Source: Candidatus Multivorans sp. (GTDB lineage: Bacteria; Acidobacteriota; Thermoanaerobaculia; Multivoradales; Multivoraceae). From it: DNA of 64,000 nucleotides. Of the stretch, positions 46,340 through 53,922 are shown piece by piece; the stretch's first letter is position 1; each line of letters begins with the position of its first letter. The notes beneath the pieces are model-generated. The model did not search any database. It had not been told where the DNA came from and was given only the letters and a program-made list of their open reading frames with translations. The stretch lies in contig OZ245033.1 of assembly GCA_965224025.1 (NCBI GenBank), forward strand, positions 864,001 through 928,000. The letters run 5' to 3'. The position numbers and the translations under genes were made by a program.

Positions 46340-47782
46340 CCATCCTCGGTTCGTTCAGTCTGGTTCCAAACAGCCTCTACTACGGCGACTGCCTCGAAGT
46401 CATGGGCGGTTGGCCAGCCGAGTCGGTGGATCTGATCTACCTCGATCCGCCGTTCAACTCGAAGGCGGACTACAACCAGTTGTTCGGCACCGAGAACGGC
46501 GTGCCGGCCCAAGTTCGGGCGTTCACCGACACATGGACATGGAACGACTCGGCGGCCGAGCGGTACGACCGTTTCAGCCGTGCAGTCGCGCATCCCGCGC
46601 ACAAGGCGGTAGTCGGCCTGCACATGGCGCTAGGTCCATCGGGGATGCTCGCGTACCTCACCTACATGGCCGAGCGGCTCGCGGAGTGCAAGCGCCTGCT
46701 CAAGCCGACCGGCTCCATCTACCTGCACTGTGACCACACGGCGGGCGCGTACCTGAAGATGCTCATGGACGCGATCTTCGGAGCGAACAATCGCCGAAGC
46801 GAACTCCACTGGTACTACTACAACAAGATGCACGACAGCCGGAAGAAGCTGTTTGCTGCCGCCACGGACACAATCTTCTTCTATGTCAAGGATGTGGACT
46901 CCGGTTTTTCGTTTGAACAACTTCAAGAACGCCGCGAAAAGCCCGTCAAGCAGCTTGTACGAGCCAAAGTCAACGGCCGCATGGTCAACAAGCGAGACGA
47001 AGACGGTCGGCTGATGTACCAGACCAAGACACATAGAACCATTGACAATGTGTGGCGGATACCCTGTTTGCAACCAGCATCGAGGGAGAGATTAGGCTGT
47101 CCAACACAGAAGCCCCGTGCGCTGTTGGATCGCATCATCAAGGCGTCTTCTAGGGAAGGTGACTTGGTGCTTGACCCGTTCTGCGGTTGTGGCACGACGA
47201 TAGACGCGGCGAATCGACTGCAACGGCAGTGGGTCGGCATCGACCTTTCACCGTTCGCCACTCGCCTTGTGCGTGACCGCAGGCTCAAGGATGCGAGTAT
47301 CCAGATCTTCGGTATCCCGACAGATGTTGAAGGCGCACGGCTCCTGCTACGCAACAACCCGTTCGACTTCGAGGCGTGGATCGTTACGTCGGTGGACGGG
47401 CTGGCGGCGAACGAGGTCCAGGTAGGCGACGGCGGCATCGACGGGCGCGGCAGGATGTTCACCGTGCCGGACGATGAAACAGGCTTGGTGCTCGCTCAGG
47501 TGAAGGGGGGGGTACACCGCATCGGCGCTGCGGGACTTCGAGGGCACGATGGGCCGCGAGAACGCCACGGCGGGCATCTTCGTCACCTTGAAGCGCGTCA
47601 CAACGTCCAGTGCCCGCGCGGCTGCCAAGGCGATGGGCGAGTACCGCGTAGGCGCGACGCGCTACCCTCGGCTCCAGTTCTGGTCCGCAGAGGAGTATCT
47701 GAGGGGCGTCCGTCCTCACCTACCCGCGATGGCCGACCCGTACACCGGCAAAGCAGTTCAGACCGACATGTTCACCGGATAG
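46336..47782 (+). CDS. Beta-class DNA methyltransferase fused to an Mrr-like PD-(D/E/Q)xK endonuclease, frameshifted at G8 (47505-47512)
   Basis: DPPFN, YLHCD, PTQKP and DPFCGCGTT, then 'FDFEAW..GDGGIDGR..AQVKGG'. 'YTASALRDF..ENATAGIFVTL' continues in the next frame to the stop at 47782. Confidence 0.85.
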
Positions 47783-47795
47783 CAGGGAGGAAGCG

Positions 47796-47978
47796 TTGCC
47801 CAAGAAGCCGAAGCGCCACACGGAACACAAGAAGGTGTACAAAGCCGAGTACGGCGGCGCTACGCCCGCGCAGGTCACGCTTGCGCTTCTACGCTACCGT
47901 CCAAACGCACCCGAAGCCGTCACGAAGCGTTTGCCACCGCAGGTTCAAGCCGACCCCGCTATCAAGTCTAGTGTATAA
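47796..47978 (+). CDS. Small IS-terminal hypothetical protein (element B)
   Basis: GGGAGG RBS and TTG start, 60 aa, basic N-terminus and 'GATPAQVTLALLR'. The stop lies inside the TIR. Confidence 0.6.
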   Translation: MPKKPKRHTEHKKVYKAEYGGATPAQVTLALLRYRPNAPEAVTKRLPPQVQADPAIKSSV

Positions 47979-47983
47979 TCCCC

Positions 47984-48359
47984 CTTCCAAGGCACTCCGT
48001 TCGCAGACATCCTCTCTCAGATCGACGATCAGTCCAACCCACTGGCAATTGACCTCGGGCTGTTCTTCCTTGAGCAGAACGAGACCACCGTGCGGAAGTT
48101 CAACGAGCAACTTGAGAAGATCGTGCAGGGCGCTGCGACAGACGGTACTCCCTACCGGTTCGCCTTCGGTGTCGGCAATCGTGGGCCTGCGCTGACAGCG
48201 CACTGCAATCGTCTCCCGAGAGAGGAGGCCGCAGCTCTGTTGAGAGCGGACTGTCGAAGGGCCCTTGACCGGGTCGACTGCAGTTTCGGCATCTCGCTCG
48301 ACCCGGACGGCACCATCAAGACAGTCGAGAAGCTAGTCCGCGCCGAACAAGACCGTTGA
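47984..48359 (+). pseudogene. C-terminal fragment of an unknown protein truncated by element B
   Basis: Open frame from the IS junction: FQGTPFADILSQIDDQSNPLAIDLGLFFLEQNE..SFGISLDPDG. No matching 5' part on the left flank. Confidence 0.55.
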
Positions 48360-48676
48360 CAAGAGGACCACCCACGCTCGCTTATGCCCAACGGACGCGC
48401 CGCCGCCTGCGCAGCCCCGCGCGGCTGCCAGCCGGTCATTGGCCCAGAGAACTTTGAACTTGAGCCCGATGCGGATCATCACGCGCCGCGGGAAAACCGT
48501 AGCCGCTCGGCCTGTACTTCTCGTCCCGTGCCACCATCAACTCCTCCCACCAGTCGTGGGGTGTCTTCATCTGTCGGACAACCGCGTCTCTCCGCTGGCG
48601 CGAACAGCGATGACCCTCTGACCGCCCTACGGGAGAGGACAACGCAACCCCCCCCCCGCCCTCGACACTGCGAGGC

Positions 48677-49333
48677 TCAACAGCGCATCCTCCGCCTCTT
48701 CCCTTCGGACAGATCCGGCGTCGTGCAATCTACGACAGGCACAGGCCGCTGCCGATCGTTGTTGAGCGGGTTCTGACCTCCGCCACCACCCGAACCGCTA
48801 CCACCGCCGTTGACGTGAGGATTCGCATCTTCCGCAGCCGACCAGTCCGTAGTTTGCACGGAAGGGTAGGACGTCGAATCCCTCCACATTACCGTGCGAT
48901 CTTCGCAGCCGGCAGTGCCCACATCGCCGAGATTCAGCACCTGGCCGATCTCGTGAGCGGCGGTACCAGCCAAGTTGCATCCGAGGTCAGGATTGAGAAA
49001 AACCGTCTTGCTAAGCGGATCCGTAAAACCACACTGTCGCCTAGACGTCCTCCTCACTCTCCATGTCTCTCTGTCGCAGTTCACCAAACAGAATGGCGCA
49101 CTCGTGACAAGCTCTGGCAAACCGTAGCTGCTACATGTCCTGCCAGTCCACTGGCCCAGACCGGCATTGAACGCTCTCGTCTCTTCCGCGCCTAGCGAAC
49201 CGTCCACCTTGAACACGATGGTCCCCGCCGAACCGAAACCTGAAGAAACCGGAGGCCTACAGTTCAACGCCTGCGCGTAGACTGAAGGCGCGGCCAGGAG
49301 GACGCATGCCGCCATGATCAGTAGTGACTTCAC
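48677..49333 (-). CDS. Secreted Cys-rich matrixin/metzincin-like protein with degenerate zinc motif
   Basis: GGAGG RBS and GTG 49333, signal peptide, HEIGQVLNLGD plus a Met-turn-like TVM, and a Gly linker. Confidence 0.55.
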   Translation of the reverse strand: MKSLLIMAACVLLAAPSVYAQALNCRPPVSSGFGSAGTIVFKVDGSLGAEETRAFNAGLGQWTGRTCSSYGLPELVTSAPFCLVNCDRETWRVRRTSRRQCGFTDPLSKTVFLNPDLGCNLAGTAAHEIGQVLNLGDVGTAGCEDRTVMWRDSTSYPSVQTTDWSAAEDANPHVNGGGSGSGGGGGQNPLNNDRQRPVPVVDCTTPDLSEGKRRRMRC

Positions 49334-50381
49334 GGTACGTCCTCCCCCCTCTCTCAACTGCATTGGGAGGAAAGAGGCTTGCCTCAATGCCGTACGAACC
49401 ACAGTCCAACTGCCACACGCCCGTCTTCTCGTCGCGAGTCGCTCTGGCCCGACAGCCCGCGTCCCGAGCCGCCTTCCATGCCTTGATGAACTGGTCGCGC
49501 AATTCGGACTCATCATAAGGATCGGACAGTCTAGATTCCACCCATTCAAACAGCCCGCTGGCCTGTAGTTCGTCCATGTATTCATGTAGACCGAGCAGCG
49601 TATTCGCCGGAACGGCTGGCACGGGCGTGTTCCCAATGCCGAAAGCCGTATCCTCTTCGTAGCCAGTGGCCCAATCTAGAGCAGCCTCGCCGGCCTTCGC
49701 CCCCCGCACCACCGAGAACCGCCCCTCGTAGTAGAACCACGGCCGAACGACGTTTTCCGGCACCCACAGCGAGCCGATCAACACCACGCGGTCGCCCACC
49801 TCCGGCCGCTCATAGGCGTACTCACGGCGCAGCTGATCCGCGCAGAATACCCGCCCATGTATCACGACCTGATCCGTCGGAATCAGCGCGTAAGCGGGCA
49901 GTGCCGAACGGTAGTGCAAAGGCACGACTTCGGACAGTTCCAAAAGCAAACCAGGATCACCGTTCGCACGAAAGCCAGTGATCAGATCTGATACTGTCGC
50001 TAACACCGCCACTCTCGACGTCAGAACCGTCAAATCGAAGTCGTCGATTCGAGGGTCATAGAAGATCTTCGAGAGAATGGGCGGTGCCTCCGGATTGAGC
50101 GGCGGAACGCCAGCGCACGGGTCTCGTGGTGGCCGTGCACCCTCTTCTAGGTCCTCGGACAGACCCGCAGTACGCCGCGCGAAGGCCATCGCCTGTCTCT
50201 GAACCTGCTCCCGAATCTCGTCGCCCAAGCCCCACGGTTCCTTGAACGAACCATCGCGGTACAGAACCTCCGAAGCGGCGACCCACGCGGGCGAACTCGG
50301 TTCGCCCACTCTAGTCGGACCTGCAGCGACGGTCAGAGCGAAGAATGGCAACGACGAACAAAGAACAAGAATTCGTCTCAT
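49257..50381 (-). CDS. Hypothetical secreted protein (lower GC)
   Basis: 374-aa ORF with a signal peptide and atypical codon usage. Confidence 0.65.
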   Translation of the reverse strand: MRRILVLCSSLPFFALTVAAGPTRVGEPSSPAWVAASEVLYRDGSFKEPWGLGDEIREQVQRQAMAFARRTAGLSEDLEEGARPPRDPCAGVPPLNPEAPPILSKIFYDPRIDDFDLTVLTSRVAVLATVSDLITGFRANGDPGLLLELSEVVPLHYRSALPAYALIPTDQVVIHGRVFCADQLRREYAYERPEVGDRVVLIGSLWVPENVVRPWFYYEGRFSVVRGAKAGEAALDWATGYEEDTAFGIGNTPVPAVPANTLLGLHEYMDELQASGLFEWVESRLSDPYDESELRDQFIKAWKAARDAGCRARATRDEKTGVWQLDCGSYGIEASLFPPNAVERGGRTYREVTTDHGGMRPPGRAFSLRAGVEL

Positions 50382-50625
50382 AACCTGACCCCCTTGAGAG
50401 TGAGCCTACAACAACGCCCTACCGCCGGTCAAACGCGCGGTCTTGTTCACCGGAAGATGAGCCTGAAGGTGCGTTGCGGATCCACCGAGCAATGAAACCA
50501 AGAGCGACTAGCGTTAGTGGTGGAAGATCATCGGAGAACGATCAGGGCGCAAAAGAACGCACCGTCTTCAGACCTAGAGAACGGAGGACGGAAGTCGGTG
50601 CTTTCTGCTGGTGAGGAAAGTTCCA

Positions 50626-53400
50626 CTAGAACTCAAGCCCCAGGCGGATCATGACCCGGCGCGGCCAGATGTAGTCGTACGGCACATACTCCTCGTCTGG
50701 TGCGACCGTCAACTCCTCCCACGAGTCGAATGAGTCCTCGTTGAAGACGTTGAACAACTGGAGATCGAGTTTGAGCTGCACCGCGCCGACGTCGAAGCGT
50801 CGGCCGAAGGACAGGTCGAGGACGCTCTGGTCCGGCAACCGCGTGTCGTCGCTGGCGGGAATCGCGATTACAGTCTGACCGCCCTGTTCGAGCGGCGCCG
50901 TCGACCTCTCCCCGCCGACGATCAGTTGCTGGTTGTAAGGCGTGCCGGTCAGGAAGCTGTAGGTCGCCGTGCCGACAAGCTGCCACGGCAGTTCGAAACT
51001 GCCCTGGAACTGAAAGACATGCTCGCGGTCGTTCTGCAGCGCCTGGTCGGCGTTGATCCAGTTGTTCGGGTCCCGGCCGTCCGTGTCGGTGTAGAACGGA
51101 CTCCCCTGCGACTGCAGCAGCGGCCGCGGAATGAAGCCGGTCGAGTTCGACCACGTGTAGGAGGACTGCAAGCTCCAGCCGTCGCTGTAGCGCCTGTTGA
51201 AAGTGAGAACCACGCCCTCGTACTCCTGGTGGTAGCGGACTCCCGGCGCCGCCGCCGAGCCCGGTCCGGGACCGTTGCCCTTGCGCGTCGTCGGCTGCTC
51301 GATGATGCTGATCAACTGCTCCGTCTCGCCCGTGAACGGATTCGTCCAGGGCACGCGCTCGGTCTCCCCGTCGTCCAGGATCTCCCAGCCGATCAGGTTC
51401 TTGGCTTCCTTGTAGACGCCCTGGATGCCGAACGTGAAGTTGTCGGCGAAGCGACGCTCCCAGCCCACGGTGTACTGGTCCGTCTGCGGCGCCTTCAGAT
51501 CGGGATGGAACAGGTTTCCGTGGTACTCGAAGGTCGAGGATTCGGTCCAGGGGCCGTCGAGCGAGGGGCCAAACTCCGTGACGTAGATGGGTGGATCAGG
51601 CGGCGGCGCGTACCAGTTGCCGGTGACGTCCGCGTCGTAGAACCTGCCGTAGAAGGCGCGCAGGACCTGCCGGTCGCCGATCTGATACGCCATGCCGACG
51701 CGCGGCGAGACCAGCGACCAGTCGGTCACGTTCCGGACCCCCGGTATGATCTCGGAGGTCGGGCTCCAATCCGGGTTCAGCTTCGGAAAGTCGGGAATGT
51801 CACCGCTGTGCCGGTCGTAGCGGACGCCGAGGTTCAGCGTCAGGTTCGAGTTCACCTGCCAGGAATCGTCCGCGAACGCCGACGCCACCTCGGTGTCGGC
51901 GCCGTAGTGGAACGGTCGCGCCGTGACCCGGTAGTAGTAGACGTACCCAGGGCTGTACTCGTAGCGGTAGAAGTAGACGCCGGTCGGGCCGCCCCCGGTG
52001 CGCGTATCGCCCGTGCCGGTCCCGTACGAGATGCCGAACTTGAAGTCGTGGTCGCCACCCAGGAGGTCGTCGGCGTGGTGCGAGAGCTTGATGTCCACCT
52101 GGTCGCGGCCAAGCGTCCACCGGTACTGGTAGCCCGGGCTGCCGCTGTATTGGGTGGGGCCGCCGTCCGCCGGCGAGTAGTCGGCGTACGGAGGCGCCGT
52201 ACTGCCGGTGGCCGAGAGCAGATTGTCGTCGCTGCTGTAGCCAGCGTACATGACCTCCAGATAGTCGTTCGGGGTCAAGACGGACTGGAACTGGAGCCCC
52301 CAGGCCGGGTTGGTGCCGAACTCGTTCCCGGTGGCGTCCGGCGTCGTGTTGGGGGCCGCGAATGTGAAGTCGTAGTCCTCGTAGTGGTACTTCGCCTCCA
52401 TCAGATTGCTGTCGTTGAATGCCGCGTTGATCTTGACGTCGTAGCGTTCGGTCGGGTACGCCTCCGGGAACGTCGGATTAACCCCCGGCTCGCTGTACGC
52501 GTCCTCCGTGGTCTGCACGGACGCGAAGAACCACGCCTTGTCGCGCGCGAACGGGCCGCCCAGAGTGCCCGTGAGGTCGTCGAACTCGTCGCGATTGAAG
52601 GCAACTCCGTCGATGTCGGCGTTCTCCTCGGTCAGACCGTCGTTCATGTGGTACCAGTCGATCGTGCCGGAGAACTCGTTCGAGCCCGACTTGGTCACTA
52701 CGTTGAACGCTGCCCCGGACATGCTGCCGTACTCCGCCGGCGCGCCGAGTCCGAGCACCTGGACTTCCTCGATCGTCGCCGGATTCAGCCACCAGAACGC
52801 GTGACCGGTGTCCGATGAGGTCGTGTCGAGGCCGTCGATCCGCCATGAGTTGGAGGCCGTACTCGAACCGAAGGCCGACATGCTCGTGTCTCCCTCGGAT
52901 CCGGGACTGATTCCGGGCGACAGTGCCATCACATCCCAGTAGTTGCGGTCCGTCGGCAGATCGTCGATGAAGTCGGCCGCGTAGCTGCTGCCGACGCTCG
53001 AGCTGGTCACGTCCAGAATCGGGGAGGCCGTCACCGTGACCTCATCCTGCACCGCCTCCAGCGAGAGTTCGATGTCGAGCCGGATCGTCGCGCTGATGCC
53101 TACCCGCACCCCTTCGACCCGATGCTCCTGAAAGCCGTCCAAGGCCGCGGTCACGACGTAGTCGTCGACCGGAAGCGACGACATTACGAAGCGGCCGCCG
53201 GCGCCGGCGATCGTGCTCCGCGAGAGGCCGCGATCCTCGATCGTCGCGGTGACCGTGACCCCGGGGAGGGCGTCGCCGTTCGTGTCGCGCACCTCACCGC
53301 GAATGTCGCCCGTGGTCTGGGCGGCGGCCGCCGCCGCAAGCACAAGACCAGCAGAAAAAGAAACCAGAACGCGGCTGGTCGAAGGCTGCCGTTCAGACAT
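50626..53400 (-). CDS. TonB-dependent receptor, Oar-like, with carboxypeptidase-regulatory N-domain
   Basis: ATG 53400, 'ALPGVTVT', 'AEYGSMSGAAFNVVTKSGSN', 'LNLGVRYD', 'SPRVG', and C-terminal F. Confidence 0.92.
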   Translation of the reverse strand: MSERQPSTSRVLVSFSAGLVLAAAAAAQTTGDIRGEVRDTNGDALPGVTVTATIEDRGLSRSTIAGAGGRFVMSSLPVDDYVVTAALDGFQEHRVEGVRVGISATIRLDIELSLEAVQDEVTVTASPILDVTSSSVGSSYAADFIDDLPTDRNYWDVMALSPGISPGSEGDTSMSAFGSSTASNSWRIDGLDTTSSDTGHAFWWLNPATIEEVQVLGLGAPAEYGSMSGAAFNVVTKSGSNEFSGTIDWYHMNDGLTEENADIDGVAFNRDEFDDLTGTLGGPFARDKAWFFASVQTTEDAYSEPGVNPTFPEAYPTERYDVKINAAFNDSNLMEAKYHYEDYDFTFAAPNTTPDATGNEFGTNPAWGLQFQSVLTPNDYLEVMYAGYSSDDNLLSATGSTAPPYADYSPADGGPTQYSGSPGYQYRWTLGRDQVDIKLSHHADDLLGGDHDFKFGISYGTGTGDTRTGGGPTGVYFYRYEYSPGYVYYYRVTARPFHYGADTEVASAFADDSWQVNSNLTLNLGVRYDRHSGDIPDFPKLNPDWSPTSEIIPGVRNVTDWSLVSPRVGMAYQIGDRQVLRAFYGRFYDADVTGNWYAPPPDPPIYVTEFGPSLDGPWTESSTFEYHGNLFHPDLKAPQTDQYTVGWERRFADNFTFGIQGVYKEAKNLIGWEILDDGETERVPWTNPFTGETEQLISIIEQPTTRKGNGPGPGSAAAPGVRYHQEYEGVVLTFNRRYSDGWSLQSSYTWSNSTGFIPRPLLQSQGSPFYTDTDGRDPNNWINADQALQNDREHVFQFQGSFELPWQLVGTATYSFLTGTPYNQQLIVGGERSTAPLEQGGQTVIAIPASDDTRLPDQSVLDLSFGRRFDVGAVQLKLDLQLFNVFNEDSFDSWEELTVAPDEEYVPYDYIWPRRVMIRLGLEF

Positions 53401-53807
53401 CGTCGATCTCCTCGTGGGGCACGGCTGCCCAATCTCTATGCTATGGAACCTACTAACAGCCGATACTAACCCGAACCGCCGTTCCCTGCACCGGCACGAG
53501 GCGGGCGCACCCGATGAGGCCCTGGAAGACGTGGCGGCAGTGGTCAACGGCAACCACCCGTCGGCCGATCTCCGGCAGGCGCCCGAACGGAGATCCCTGG
53601 CCGACTCTTGACGTGGATCCCTGGCAACCACTAGCGTGTGATTGCATCAGAAAACTGCGCAGGAGCATTGCGCAGGAGCAATCGTGTCGCGCATTCACTT
53701 CGTGCCACTTAAGGTTGCCGACAGGTGGGCGCTTCAGGCTCGGCTACCTGTAAACCGGTATCGGAGACACAACACTAGCGCGCCAGAACACCCGGAGGCC
53801 GGTACTT

Positions 53808-53911
53808 CGCGCCGGATGCGGGCCAGAACCCGGGTGGCGCGATCCGCGCCACCCGTGAACCAGTCCGTGCGCCCGCCATCGGGCGCACGGATGGCGGGCT
53901 CTCGCACCCAG
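53808..53911. repeat. REP palindrome interrupted in its loop by a full GAACC double-hairpin repeat (copy 3, 53826-53893)
   Basis: GCCGGATGCGGGCCA[GAACCCGGGTGGCGCGatcCGCGCCACCCGTGAACCAGTCCGTGCGCCCGccatCGGGCGCACGGATGGCG]GGCTCTCGCACCCAG. Confidence 0.75.
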
Positions 53912-53922
53912 TTTCCGCCGCG

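Larger units (their letters stand above)
45278..47983 (+). mobile_element. IS1595-family cargo-carrying element B (2706 bp)
   Basis: 22-bp TIR with 19/22 match, GGGGATTATATATTAGGCTTGA / GGGGATTATACACTAGACTTGA. No TSD (flanks ATTTGAAT and CTTCCAAG). Confidence 0.9.

Noticed and set aside
47513-48195. C-terminal extension of the 619-aa ORF 46336-48195
   Set aside because: Out-of-frame read-through after the G8 tract that crosses the TIR. It is not protein-like
48648-48657. C10 tract as a phase-variation switch
   Set aside because: It lies beyond the stop of 48677-49333, and no convincing downstream frame could be restored
53691-53707. Sigma54 promoter (TGGCACG...TGC on the minus strand)
   Set aside because: GG-to-GC spacing is 12 bp, not the required 10
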